Counted from the stretch's first letter, positions 51,174 to 63,790 are shown. The stretch is DNA of 64,000 bases from Octopus bimaculoides (GCF_001194135.2 NC_069005.1:7469885-7533884); one strand, 5' to 3'. Notes: generated from the sequence alone by a model not told the origin. Numbers and translations: made by a program.

Positions 51174-51445
51174 ATTAAGTGAAATTAGTTGTATCTAGTA
51201 TGCAAATTAAATGTATCAACTAGTATGTAATTAAGTGAAATTGGCTCCATCTATTATGCAATTAAGTGAAATTGGTTATATCATTTAGTATGCAATTAAC
51301 TGAAATTGGCTGTATCCAGTATGCAATTAAGTGAAATTGGCTGTATCATCTAGTATGCAATTAAGTGAAATTGGTTGTATCATCTAGTATGCAACTAAGT
51401 GAAATACACTGCATATAGTATGCAATTAAGTGAAATTGGCTGCTG
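51174..51445. repeat. Minisatellite, ~31-34 bp unit, about 8 copies
   Basis: Unit tagtatgcaattaagtgaaattggctgtatc(atc). Confidence 0.9.
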
Positions 51446-51541
51446 TAGTTTCTTGTGGCAACAACATTAAAAAAATCAATAAAATAATTGAAAACTAATG
51501 TTTTAATCTCTTCTTAAGTGATTGATCTGGTTTTTGTTTAG

Positions 51542-51672
51542 GAAAACCTCTTGCTCGCCTACCAAAGACTCTTTTGCAGAAGGCATGGGGCATGCCCAAT
51601 CATCTGATCTCTGATTACATAGAGTTTGATGAAAATGCCTGTTGTATTGTCGGGGGTGATAAACCTCTTTCG
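51542..51672 (+). CDS. VCPIP1: VCPIP1 coding exon 3
   Basis: tttAG|GA...TCG|GTaagt, phase 1-0. GKPLARLPKTLLQKAWGMPNHLISDYIEFDENACCIVGGDKPLS vs human LPKLPMNLLPKAWGVPQDLIKKYIKLEEDGGCVIGGDRSL. Confidence 0.95.
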
Positions 51673-51902
51673 GTAAGTCCATACTTAATCTTTTTTGCTC
51701 TACTCTCTTTTATATCCCTCACTGCTCTGCTCAACTCTTTTTCTCAATGAAGTTCATTGTTCAGTTGCTAATCCTTTATCTACAAACATCCTTAAACTGG
51801 AATTTTTTTTTAACTCCTCTTAACCCACCTGAAACTGCTCCTGGTTCTATGATATAAACTGCCTGTTTTAAAATGACCTAAACCAAAACTTTCCATTAGA
51901 GC

Positions 51903-52996
51903 AGTGGCTCTCAACCATTTTTTGCCTATGGATCTATGGGTCCCGTTTTTACGTGGGAAGAAGAAAAATGTAAAAAAAAATATTTTGTCCACAAAATAAA
52001 AACAAGTTGATGAGAGCGGACCCCTTTGATTCCTGTTTTACTCATATAGACCCTCCTAGCCATTTGATGTTTCACCCTTTCGATACTAACCCAGCTGAAA
52101 CCATCTCTGGCTCTGTAGTACAAATGTCTTGTTTGTATAAGTAAAATCTTCCACCAAACCTTAGTCACAACTTATGTTCCTAACACTAGCTGAATGATAA
52201 CTAAGTTATTTTACTAAATTCTTTGTTATATTTAAAATTAATTGAAAGAAACACAGAGCATCTCAACAGAAATATGGTAACAAAAGGATTAAAATATATA
52301 ATAGAGAAACAATTCTTAACCCTTTCGAGACCAACCTGGTTGAAACCACCTCTGGATCTCTAGTACAAATATTTTGTTTTCATAAGTTTTGTATTAAATT
52401 TTCCACCAAACCTTAGTCACAATTTATGTTCCTAACGTTAGCTTAATGATAACTAAGTTATTTTACTAAATTCTTTGTTATATTTAAAGATCAATTGAAA
52501 GAAACTCAGAGCATCTCAAAATAAATACAGTAACGAAAGGGTTAAAAAATCACATTGTATTTTCACAGTATATTAGGGATTGCATAAAAAAATGTTTAAA
52601 TATTTTGTGTACTGTAGAAGTTTAACCAATTTGTTGCATATAAATTTTAACAACAAAATCTTGCATGGACCCCAGAAGGGTTACATGGACCTCCCAGGGG
52701 CCATGTGGACCCTGGTTGAGAACCATTGGTCAAGGACAGTGTTTCTCAACCATTTTTTTTACCTATTGACCCCTTTGTTCCCTGTTTTACTTAGATGGAC
52801 CCTCATAGCCAATTCAATGCTTAAAAAATTCTTTTTTTAATATACTTTTATGATAAAATATTATTAAGAATTGCGTAAAAAAAGTTTAAAATATTTTGTA
52901 TCTTGTAGAAGAATAATCAATTTATTTCACATAATTTTTTACAAAATCTTATATGGGCCTCCAAGGGCCTTATGGATCCCAGTCGAGGATCACTGC
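51903..52996. mobile_element. hAT-Charlie-like MITEs hosting nested piggyBac-like MITEs
   Basis: cagtggctctcaacc (51903)...ggttgagaaccattg (~52728); second copy cagtgtttctcaacc (52737)...gaggatcactg. Confidence 0.55.
52316..52545. mobile_element. piggyBac-like MITE (family B); a diverged tandem copy lies at ~52073-52292
   Basis: TTAACCCTTTCG...CGAAAGGGTTAA, i.e. TTAA TSD and CCC/GGG termini. Confidence 0.8.
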
Positions 52997-53502
52997 ATTA
53001 GAATTTTATGCTAATTTATGTTCTAAGCACTAGCTTTATAAGGACAAAGTTATTTTAATAAATTCTTTATTTTCAAAACTAATTGAAAGAAAGACTGTCT
53101 ATATGAAAAGAAATACAGCAAAAAAAGAGTTAAGTTAAAGCGAGTACCGCAGATGGAAAATTTCTCAGAGAACTCAGAAAGATTTTTTTGAAACCATTGA
53201 AAATTTTGTTATTTTGAGTAAGAAATGAAAGGATAAAAAATAAAAGTGATTTGTGTCTGTTTTATATTGTCGACAAACTGATATGAAAGTTTAAAGACAG
53301 ATTTGTTTACTTGGAAAAAAAAAAGACATTTCCAAAGCAAAACAGTTACATTGTATGAAACTGAATTTGGACTAAATTTATATAAAACTACCTTCACAGT
53401 ACATCTATAAGTTGTTTTACATATAAAACTACCCGAACAGTACATTTATCCCATGATCACGTGACCGACCAGATTATCAGATGCTGCTGCACAATGCTTG
53501 TC

Positions 53503-53564
53503 ATACATTGCTGTCATACATTGCTTGTCATACATTGCTGTCATACATTGCTGTCATACATTGC
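53503..53564. repeat. 12-13 bp tandem repeat x5
   Basis: (tgtcatacattgc)n. Confidence 0.85.
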
Positions 53565-53883
53565 TCCTGTTTAACACCTTCACCTGGCCCTGCCTTTGGT
53601 TACTGTTTATTGAGCCCACTCCATTCAGGTTAGGTTTTCATTTTGGCCTGAGGATAAGTTTCTTTCACCCATTAATCTCAAGGCCATGAGACACTTCCCT
53701 CTTCCTTCTTCTGATTTAGCCATTAACAAACAAACACCTCTCTTTGGGCTCTACTCTCCTCCCCTCTTTCTCATTCACTCATTGACATAACACTTGACAG
53801 TGATAAAACATACAGTAAACAAATAGTTTATAATTTTTTTTCCAAATTTGCATTTTCACCTTTAACCTCTGCAGATAGCTTAC

Positions 53884-54175
53884 TCATCATCGTCGTTTAA
53901 CGTCCGCTTTCCATGCTAGCATGGGTTGGACGATTTGACTGAGGACTGGTGAAACCAGATGGCTACACCAGGCTCCAATCTGATTTGGCAGAGTTTCTAC
54001 AGCTGGATGCCCTTCCTAGCGCCAACCACTCAGAGAGTGTAGTAGGTGCTTTTACGTGCCACCGGCACGAAGGCCAGTCAGGTGGTACTGGCAACGGCCA
54101 CGCTCAAAATGGTGTATTTTACGTGCCACCTGCACAGGAGCCAGTTCGGCGGCACTGGCAACGATCTCGCTCGAA
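53884..54175 (-). mobile_element. RTE-tailed (GAT)n SINE or non-autonomous element, young copy
   Basis: catcatcgtcgtttaacgtccgctttccatgctagcatgggttggacg..., near-identical to 32117-32412(-), 17577-17998(+), 56585-57012(+) and 38645-38925(+); older copies at 1985-2215, 3660-3870, 13570-13722, 41515-41700. Confidence 0.85.
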
Positions 54176-54569
54176 AGTCTTTACACAAGTGCCAGGAAGG
54201 CGATGCTGGGCATCTTATATATAGATGCTGGCATGTTTGTGTAGTTAAGAAGTTTGCTTCCCAGCCTCATGTTTCCTGGTTCAGTCCCACTATGTAACAT
54301 GTTGGGCAAATGTCTTTTGCTATTGCCCCAGGCGGGTCAAATCTTTGTGAGTGGATTTGGTAGATGGAAACAGAAAGAAGCCTGTCATGTGTATATGTCA
54401 CAGCTACTCACCTGATGACATGCAGGAACACACAGCCACTGCTGCATCATATTTATGTAATAGTATGATTTGGAAAACTCAGCAACTAACAGCTGTTGCT
54501 AATGTACAGAAACAATTGTTGTGATTTGTGATTAAAACCTATTCATATGTATGTATCTATTTATTTATA

Positions 54570-54685
54570 TGCATGTATGTATGTGTATATTTGTGTATGT
54601 ATGTACGTGTATATTTGTGTATGTATGTACGTGTATATTTGTGTATGTATGTATGTGTATATTTGTGTATGTATGTATGTGTATA
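54570..54685. repeat. 24-bp higher-order microsatellite, about 5 copies
   Basis: (tgtatgtatgtacgtgtatatttg)n. Confidence 0.8.
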
Positions 54686-54695
54686 CACTGGTATA

Positions 54696-54740
<45 letters not shown>

Positions 54741-55251
54741 TCATCATCATTTACCATCCCTTTTCTCAAGCTGGTATGGGTTGGATGGTTCCACATGAAC
54801 AGCTTGAGGACTGCACCAAGTTCTGATGTTTACTTTGGCATGGTTTCCACAGCCAGATGCCCTTCCTGTTGCCAACCCTCACCTGTTTTCATGCTCGGTA
54901 ATATTTCCTCATGGCTGAACATTTTCTTGCAGAATATATTGGAAATGAATGACACTGCTTGTATGACAGTGACACTCATTTACAACTATTACACGATGTC
55001 AAAACAAGGATATAGAAATCGCACTTGTATACACACACACACACATATTCTTCTGTGGTTGTAAAACTAAAATGCTTGTCAAGTTCTGGGATTGATTTAT
55101 AATCCTATAGTGTATTCTTGATGTGAAGGGAATTATAATAAAAAAAAAACCTCTGGGAGTGCTTTGGGGTTGTGCAAGTCTAGTATGTTTCTATCTGTTT
55201 TTCTTATAGTATCATGATTCTTAATCAGTGGAATGTGACTTTGTTTTATAG

Positions 55252-55363
55252 GAAAAATATATTCAACAATTAGTGACGGCAATGAAGAAAGTGTATCAAG
55301 AGGTCCATAGTATTAACCCATGTTTGGTGGCAGATGTATTCCGGTTCATATTTAAAAAATCTG
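55252..55363 (+). CDS. VCPIP1: VCPIP1 coding exon 4
   Basis: tttatAG|GAA...TCTG|GTaagt, phase 0-1. EKYIQQLVTAMKKVYQEVHSINPCLVADVFRFIFKKS vs human DKYLLRLVAAMEEVFMDKHGIHPSLVADVHQYFYRRT. Confidence 0.94.
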
Positions 55364-58300
55364 GTAAGTCTTCCTGTCCTCCTTACAAAATTCCAATCCT
55401 GACAGGATTGTCTCAAAGCAAATCTAATTCTTTCTATGTCAGCCAATTTCCATTCTTGTACATTTACTAATTCTCCTATTGCCACCACTTCTGCAAGCAT
55501 GTGGCTGTCTATACTTTGCTGAAGAGGTCGAAACAAGACTGATACATGTCCTGAGTTGTCTCTCCTGTTTACTGAGAATAAACCAGCTAATACCATTTTT
55601 ATTTTACTTTTATTGTTATGTGATTATTTCTGCTTTTTCTAATGCCGCAGAAGCAGGCATGGATGTGTGGTAAGAAGTTTGCTTCCCGACCACGTAGTTC
55701 CAGGTTCAGTCCCACTGTGTGGAACCTTGGGCAAGTGTCTTCAACTGTAGCCTTGGGCTGTCCAAAGCCTTGTGAGTGGATTTGGTAGATGGAAACTGAA
55801 AGAAGCCCATCGTGTGTGTGTGTGTGTTTGTACTTGTGTTTGTGTGTGTGCACGTGTTTGTGTCAGCATTTGTCTCCCACTACTGCTCGACAACCAGTGT
55901 TGGTTTGTTTACATACCCATAACTTAGCGGTTCAGCAAAAGAGACTAATAAAGTGCCAGGTTTAAAAAAAATTAAGTACTGGGTCGATTCATTCGAGTAA
56001 AAATTCTTCGAGGTGGTGCTCCAGCATGGCTACAGTCCAATGACTGACACAAATAGGAGACGAAAGATAAAATTGTATTTGTTTGTCCCAACGAATAATT
56101 AACATAGTAAAATCAACAGAACATCAGATAAACTTGCCTTGAGAGCTACTTATTTTAATTCTCCATGCTCTGAGTTCAAATCCCACTAAGGCCATCTTTA
56201 CCTGCCATCTCCTGAAGGTTGATCAATAATGTAAATCAAGTATTAGAGATGGTTTCTTCTCTTGCTCTTCCTCTCTCTCTCTCTCTCTAGATTTTCGTGT
56301 CTTCTTAAGTTCATCGTCATCAATTCACCATTTTTTTTTGTTTTTTTGTTTTTTCAATAAATAAAATAGTTTCTTTAACTATTAATGGTGAGATACTAGA
56401 GATATATTTTCTCGGTAAACTTTCCTCACAGTGAACTTCCTTCACGGTGAATCGATGGTGGTGAACTTACCTGTAATCCTACATTGGTTACCTGGACGAA
56501 CCAAGAAAGGAGCATTTTCATAGCAACCCCTACCAATCCTTTTTTTACCATTTTGTATACAACTTTAGAAAGAATCTTATGTGCCAGTGGAGCACTAACA
56601 GCGCCGTCCGAGTGTGATCATTGCCAGGGCAGCTGACTGACTTCGGTACCAGTGGCACGTAAATAGCACTATTTGAGCGTGATCGTTACCAGTGTCACCT
56701 TAGTGGCACGTTAGAAAACATTCAAGCGAGGTTGTTGCCAGTGTCACTGGACTGACTCCTGTGCAGGTGGTATGTAAAAAACACCATTTTGAGCGTGGTC
56801 GTTGCCAGTACTGCATGACTGGCCTTCGTGCCGGGGGCACGTAAAAGCACCCACTCCATTCTCGGAGTGGTTGACGTTAGGAAGGGCATCCAGCTGTAGA
56901 AACTCTGCCAGATCAGATTGGAGCCTGGTGCAGCCATCCGGTTTGCCAGTCCTCAGTCAAATCGTCCAACCCATGCTAGCATGGAAAGCGGACGTTAAAC
57001 GATGATGATGATCTTTAAGTCTCTTTACATTATATGTACCAGCGCTACCTTCCTATAAGATTGTATTTAGTTAACCTACTTACTGCTCTCTACTTCAAGT
57101 ATGTTGACACTGCCTTCCTAAATGTCTGCCTTACCACATAATATGTTAATAGTTAACTTTTCTTAATGCTCTTTGCACTCGTATATTAACCTTATCTTGA
57201 CATGTGTTTTAAGTTTATTTGTTAAAGTTTTCAATCTCTCGTTTGGGTCTGGCTTCTTAGAGGTGGAGCAGGGAGTACCGGAGATTAGGTGGAAAGGAAG
57301 TATGTTTTGAAACTCAAGAAAATAAAGGAAATGAATTGAGAAATAAGTGCCACCCAATAGACACAAACAATAAAACAGACTAAGGGACATTTGACTTTGA
57401 TCTCTCCTTGTCAATCTTGCTGCCATTTGCCAACAATATATCTATTTTGTAAACAAGTGACAGTGTTTGTTAATCTATAAATAAAAGATAGATTTGTGGA
57501 TTAACACCAAACAATGTATAACTGTAGTAGTCTCCAAGATGAAAGTAAGGCATTGTACGAAACCGTTAAATGAAGGTTAGTCAGTGTGTGAAACCATGAA
57601 CCGAAGTGAAGTCAATACAGGCACAACAATGACTTAATTGTTTCAGTCATTTGACTGTGGCCATGCTGGGGCACTTCCCTGAAGGTTTTAGCCAAACGAA
57701 TCAACCCCAAGACTTTTTTAAGCTTAGTACTTAGTCTATTGGTCTCTTTTACCAAACTGCTAATACCAGTTGTCAAGCAGTTGGCGGGCCGGGGGTGGGG
57801 GGACGACAAACATAGACTCAAAGACAAACACACACACATATACGATGGGCTTCTTTCAGTTTCCGTCCACCAGATCCACTCATAAGGCTTTGGTCAGCCC
57901 GAGGCTATAGTAAACTGCCCAAAGTGCTACGCAGTGGAACTGAACCTGGGACCATGTGGTTGGGAAGCAAGCTTCTTACCACACAGCCACACCTGTGCCT
58001 ATTTAAGTAAATTTAATATTTGTTTAATTTAGAGTGTGTTGACTAAGGTAACCACTCCTGGTTCAGAAAAATCAGTAAATCCACGAATGTTTTGGGATCA
58101 AAAGTTCTGGAAAATCAATGTTGTTCATTGGAATCAAAGGATTCCAGTATCAATACATCAGATTCTCTTTAATTAGCCATTTCATTATATGTGAATGAAT
58201 TTCTAGTTCGCTTAATCACACACATCACTCTCCTTCAGATTTTAAGCATCATCTCTCTACATATCTGTCTGTCTGTTTGTCTATCCACTCACTCACACAC

Positions 58301-58426
58301 TCAAAAAAAAAATTACTTTATATCAGAACTAAATATGTTTACACGGACATGAATATTAACTCTATACCATTCTGTATAGTTACTCCTATCAAATCTAAAG
58401 ACTTTGTTGTTAGCTCCTCCATGGAT

Positions 58427-58461
<35 letters not shown>

Positions 58462-58463
<2 letters not shown>

Positions 58464-58852
58464 TCTTTTACTTGTTTCAGTCATTTGACTGTAGCCATGC
58501 TGAAGCACCTTTAGTCGAGCAAGTCGACCCCAGAGCTTATTCTTTGTAAGCCTAGTACTTCTTCTATCGGTCTCTTTTGCCGAACTGCTAAGTTACAGAG
58601 ACGTAAACACACCACCATTGGTTGTCAAGCGATATTGGGGGGACAAACACAGACACACAAACATACACTCACACACATATATATATATGCATATATACGA
58701 CAGGCTTCTTTCAGTTTCCGTCTATCAAATCCACTCACAAGGGTTTGGTCGGCCCGAGGCTATAGTAGAAGACACTTGCCCAAGGTGCCACGCAGTGGGA
58801 CTGAACCCAGAACCATGTGGTTCATAAGCAAGCTACTTACCACACAGCCACA
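58462..58852 (-). mobile_element. SINE family 1, ending 31 nt upstream of VCPIP1 exon 5
   Basis: Full reverse-complement copy of the family consensus. Confidence 0.9.
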
Positions 58853-58883
58853 TATTTATTTATTTTCTGTTGATCTATTATAG

Positions 58884-59078
58884 GTGTTGTGGGTGTCAAG
58901 CCAGACACGGTGATCCAGACAGCTAAAATATTAATCCGAGATCGTCATCTCTATTGGTGTATCAACTGTGAAGCTTTATGTGAATTCCATACAGTGAAAA
59001 AGTCATTAGGTGATTTGAGCCATTCCTCTGAATCAGCCAGAGGCAACCAGCAATTCCAGTTCCATGATGAAAGAAAAG
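58884..59078 (+). CDS. VCPIP1: VCPIP1 coding exon 5
   Basis: tatAG|GT...AAAG|GTatgt, phase 1-1. GVVGVKPDTVIQTAKILIRDRHLYWCINCEALCEFH vs human GVIGVQPEEVTAAAKKAVMDNRLHKCLLCGALSELH; the 3' half is diverged. Confidence 0.9.
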
Positions 59079-59452
59079 GTATGTATTGTGATAGAAATGT
59101 TTTTTAAGACTATACATAGTATTGCAAGTCTTGTAGCCTACTAAGCTGAACAGTTTCACAATTAAATAGGGTAGACAGTGATAAAATAATAAAAATGGTA
59201 TTGTTATATTTCGGGATGGTCATTTTTTTTTTTCTGATCCTCTTGTATTTCTTTCTACCTGAAACCAGGAACTTTTTCAGTATCCCCTCCTATATGTAAA
59301 TATGTATATACACACCCAAAGCCAGGAACATTTCAGCACCCATTTGTAAACCAACCATATCAGGCTGAAATATACTACCTGTTGTATGTTCAAACAGGCC
59401 AGATCCAGCCTTTCACAGCTACCCTGCAATGTCATTCTAAAAACAATTAACA

Positions 59453-59836
59453 GGCGTAGGAGTGGCTGTGTGGTAAGTAGCTTGCTTACGAAACACATGG
59501 TTCCGGATTCAGTCCCACTGCGTGACACCTTGGGCAAGTGTCTTCTATAGCCTCGGGTCGACCAAAGCCTTGTGAGTGGATTTGGAAGACGGAAACTGAA
59601 AGAAGCCCGTCGTATATATGTATATGTATATATGTGTGTGTGTTTGTGTCTGTGTTTGTCCCCCAACATCGCTTCATAACCGATGCTGGTGTGTTCCCAT
59701 AACTTAGCAGTTCAGCAAAAGAGACCGATAGAATAAGTACTAGGCTTACAAAGAACAAGTCCTGGAGTCGATTTGCTCAACTAAAGGCGGTGCTCCAGCA
59801 TGGCCACAGTCAAATGACTGAAACAAGTAAAAGAGT
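59453..59836 (+). mobile_element. SINE family 1, inserted into a family-A MITE downstream of VCPIP1 exon 5
   Basis: ggcgtaggagtggctgtgtgg...gaaacaagtaaaagag; the MITE sequence resumes aatcacatcatagaaat. Confidence 0.9.
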
Positions 59837-60568
59837 AATCACATCATAGAAATCCCATGGCTATCAAAACAAGGTGAATAAAAAGCCATTACATTTGACA
59901 GAGTAATATGAATGCTTTGGAGATAAGCCAGCCATATCTGATCTTTCATACCTACCCTGCAATGTTACTCTAAAAATAAACAATCACTTCATTGAAATCT
60001 CAAAGCTGCAAGGAAATGCATTCAAAGCAATGTGAATAAAGAAGTATTACATTTGACAGAGTAATATGAATGCTCTCTGCATTAAATATGTTTACAGTAA
60101 CCTAGCTATTTGTCTGTCTCATTACAGATTTATTTCTAGGTTCTGATGTTCTATTATTACCTAACTTGCCTGTCTAATTGTCTGTGTGACTCATCACGTT
60201 TATTTCTGGTTCGCTTTTTTTTGCTTCCTCAATTATATGCATTAAAAGTAACTCACCTGTAGCTTTTATCTTAAGTTGTGTCAACCTGACTGCAATTGTA
60301 GCTGAGAGTTGTGAAGTAGGGTGGAGTCACACAAATCTCATATCATCTGTCTAGGAATAACTAAGTCAGTGTGTGTGTGTGTTGGTGTATGCTGGTGATT
60401 GTTTCCACCATATCTTCATAATGATGCTGTTTTAGTAGAAACAGTAACACTTGTTTATGTCTTATGTAAGTGTCGACCCCCAGTTGAGAACCACTGTATT
60501 GTGCCAACCAAAACCTTATGAGCTGATTTGGTCGACAAGCTGAAAAGAAGGAAAGAAACTCGCCATAT

Positions 60569-60617
<49 letters not shown>

Positions 60618-61698
60618 TATAGGTGCTGGCATTGCTGTGTGGCAAGAAGCTTGCTTCCCAACCACATGGTTCTGGGTTCAGGCCCACTGTGTGGCACCTT
60701 GGGCAAGTGTCTTCTACTATAGTCTCGGGCCAACCAAAGCCTTGTGCCTGGATTTGGTAGATGTTTTAAGTTCAAACCAGCCAGACTTGACCTCTCACAA
60801 TGTTGTTCTACCTTACAGTGTCATTCTAAAAATAAAAAACAATCACATCATTGAAATCCTGAATATGCATTACATTTGACTGCGTCATCAATGATGATGA
60901 TGCTGATGATGAGAATTATAGGAACAAGTGACAGCCAGATATATGAGAGTAGTTTGACAGAATCTTTTGGCTCTGTTCTGTAATGATTTTATTGGTTTCA
61001 AAATTCCAGTGAAGAAAGTTGTTGATGAAATTCACTTGGCTTTGGAGAAAACATTGGTAAATTCTTGGTTTTTTTACTTTCAAAAGACTAAAATAACAAA
61101 GGCGTTATTGAAATTGTGCACCAAAGGTTCTATGGGGAGAAAGAAGGAAAGGAACGAGAAGAAACAGACAAAATGTCCCTTAGAAGCTAACAGTGAAGGA
61201 ACTTTTTATTCTGTTAGTCATCAAACTGTGGCCATACTGCAGCACTGCCTTGAAAAATTTTTAGTTGAATGAATCAATCCCACTACTTATTTTTTTCTTT
61301 TAAGCCTGGTATTAATTCTATCAGTCTTTTTTGCCAAACTGCTAAGTTACGGGGCATAGACACACCAGCACCAATTGGCATTGGTTTGTTTATATCCCAT
61401 AACTTAGTGATTCAGCAAAAAAGACTGATAGAATAAGTAACAGGCTTTAAAAGAGACATAACAAAAATAGAAGTATTGGGGTTGATTTCATCATTGTAAT
61501 TTAACATGTTTTTCCATGCTGGCATGGGTTGGATGGTTTGACAGGAGCTGTCCAGCCAGAGAGCTGTCCAGCCAGAGAGCTGTCCAGCTCCCTCCTTCCA
61601 ATTTAAGCCAGTCTAGTAAACTGAAACAAGTAAAAAAAACAAAAAAACATTAAAAAATGATGATGAAATTCTTTGCTATTTTCAATGTCTTATTCCAG

Positions 61699-61804
61699 AT
61701 GTCCAACCTACAATAATCTGTTCCTGTCAACATAATGTTCTCCCACACTACAGCATAAAAGATACCATTTTTCCCAGACAGCCATTTTGTTCTCATTGTA
61801 AATC
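61699..61804 (+). CDS. VCPIP1: VCPIP1 coding exon 6
   Basis: ttccAG|AT...AAATC|GTaagt, phase 1-2, exactly bridging exons 5 and 7. DVQPTIICSCQHNVLPHYSIKDTIFPRQPFCSHCKS aligns loosely to human LVCSYDSVKDVLVPDYGMSNLTACNWCHGT. Confidence 0.82.
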
Positions 61805-62169
61805 GTAAGTAAACCAGATCAAGATTGGTTTCTTTTGGTGTTGTTGTTGTTTGTTTGTTTCTTTTTTTATTTTTATTTACAAACCTTTAAATTGTCTTAG
61901 ATCTAATGAAATCTAAATGAGCTATAGTATTCCTATATTTTACTGAGGTAGTTTTTGCCATTTGTCCTTTCAAACTTGGTAAAACAAGAATTAATTAAGC
62001 ACTGGAGTAAAAAAAACAAATCGACTAGCCTTACCCATCCCTACCCCGCCAAAGATTTCAGCTTTTGCCTTTATTATTATTGGTGTTATTGATATAGTTT
62101 CTGTACAAAGTTTAGTTATGTTGACCAATGTCCATCTGTTTAATTGTTGTAATTTTGATGTTGTTTCAG

Positions 62170-62307
62170 ACGACATGTCCGCCTGGTGGACAGCGACGGT
62201 ACCATCCATTTTCTGAATGCTGACCGTACAATGTCAAAGTCCAGTCGGAGTAAATGTGGCTACAGACACTACTGGAATGGCAGAGAATATGACCACCTCC
62301 CTGAGAT
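62170..62307 (+). CDS. VCPIP1: VCPIP1 coding exon 7; gene continues beyond the window
   Basis: gtttcAG|A...GAGAT|GTaagt, phase 2-2. RHVRLVDSDGTIHFLNADRTMSKSSRSKCGYRHYWNGREYDHLPE vs human VRKVRGDGSIVYLDGDRTNSRSTGGKCGCGFKHFWDGKEYDNLPE. Confidence 0.94.
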
Positions 62308-63137
62308 GTAAGTTAGAAAGGAATTATTATCATTAGCACACCGGGCGAAATGCTTAGCGGTATTTTGCCTGTTTCTACGTTCTGAGTTCAAATTCCACCG
62401 AGGTCAACTTTGCTTTCCAAATTAAGTACCAGTGAAATACTGGGGTTGATGTAATTGATTAGCCCCCACCCCATAATTTCAGGATTTGTGCTTTCAGTAG
62501 AAAGGATTATTATTATTATTATTATTATACTGGTGAGCTGGCAGAATTGTTAGCATGCTGGGCAAAATGCTTAGTAGTATTTCGTCTGCCGGTACATTCT
62601 GAGTTCAAATTCCGCTGAGGTCGACTTTGCCTTTCATCCTTTCGGGGGCCAATTAAATAAGTACCAGTTACAAACTGGGGTCGATGTAATTGACTTAATC
62701 CCTTCCCCCAAATTTGAGGCCATGTGCTTCCAGTAGAAAGGATTATTATTAATGCAAGTTACGCTAAATAAATGTTGTTTGATTCAGGCACACTCTATAC
62801 ACATTGAACTATTACTAGAAATAGCAGTTGAATCTCCCTCGAATTACATAGTAAGTGCACCCATTGGATATGATAGTCATGGCTGGAATGTCTTTGATTG
62901 CAGACATGCATGATTGGGGCTGGCCTTTGCAAAAATTGGCCCTGTTTTTTACCAACATCTAACAAACCAACAAGGGAATCCTTATGTGGTCACTCAACCT
63001 GCTAGAAATAGTAACCAAGTCTCCCTCAAACCATGTATTTTCTTTAAAAGAATGGCACATTAGATAATGTAGTCTCAGGTACACTATACTTGAACAGAAA
63101 AACAAAAGGTATAGCTCTCTTTGTCTTTACACATATA

Positions 63138-63172
<35 letters not shown>

Positions 63173-63329
63173 CTCATGAATGTGTAGCTCTCTGAGTGTA
63201 TAAGTACAGAGGTGTGTGTGTGTGTGTGTNNNNNNNNNNNNNNNNNNNNNNNNNNNNNNNNNNNNNNNNNNNNNNNNNNNNNNNNNNNNNNNNNNNNNNN
63301 NNNNNNNNNNNNNNNNNNNNNNNNNNNNN

Positions 63330-63790
63330 TATACAAAAAAGATAGCCACAGTCCAGCAGATGAACTACAGGGAGCGACTTCAGGCACTAGGTCTCTACTC
63401 CCTGGAGTGCAGGCGGGAGAGATATGTAATAATATACATATGGAAAATACTGGAAGGACTGGTGCCAAACTTTGGCATCAAGTACTACAGGAATGCCCGC
63501 ACAGGTCGCAACTGCATGGTGCCAAAAGTGCCGTCCACTGCATCTCACATAAGAACAAAATACTGCAGCAGCCTCGGTTTCAGAGGACCTCAGCTCTTCA
63601 ATGCCCTGCCAAAACATTTGAGAGACCTGCAAGACACGGATGTGGAGGTCTTCAAGACAAAACTCGACGCTTTCCTCTCCACGATACCAGACGAACCAAT
63701 GGCTTGAAATGAGACACAGTTTAGGGCAGCGATGTCAAATTCTCTTATACACCAGATGTGCCATCAAAACTCTTGATTGGACTATGTCAG
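63330..63790 (+). mobile_element. LINE (CR1/L2/Jockey-group) ORF2 C-terminus and 3' end
   Basis: NYRERLQALGLYSLECRRERYVIIYIWKILEGLVPN...GPQLFNALPKHLRDL...FKTKLDAFLSTIPDEP. Confidence 0.85.

Noticed and set aside
51174-51445. CRISPR-like array
   Set aside because: Units are contiguous with no unique spacers, there are no cas genes, and the context is eukaryotic.
60967-61272. 101-aa ORF in VCPIP1 intron 5
   Set aside because: TTG start, no similarity to VCPIP1, and it runs into a SINE; the true bridging exon is 61699-61804.
80-63712. Long ORFs in the track made of X runs or YIYI/HTHT/CVCV
   Set aside because: They are artefacts of N-gaps and dinucleotide microsatellites.
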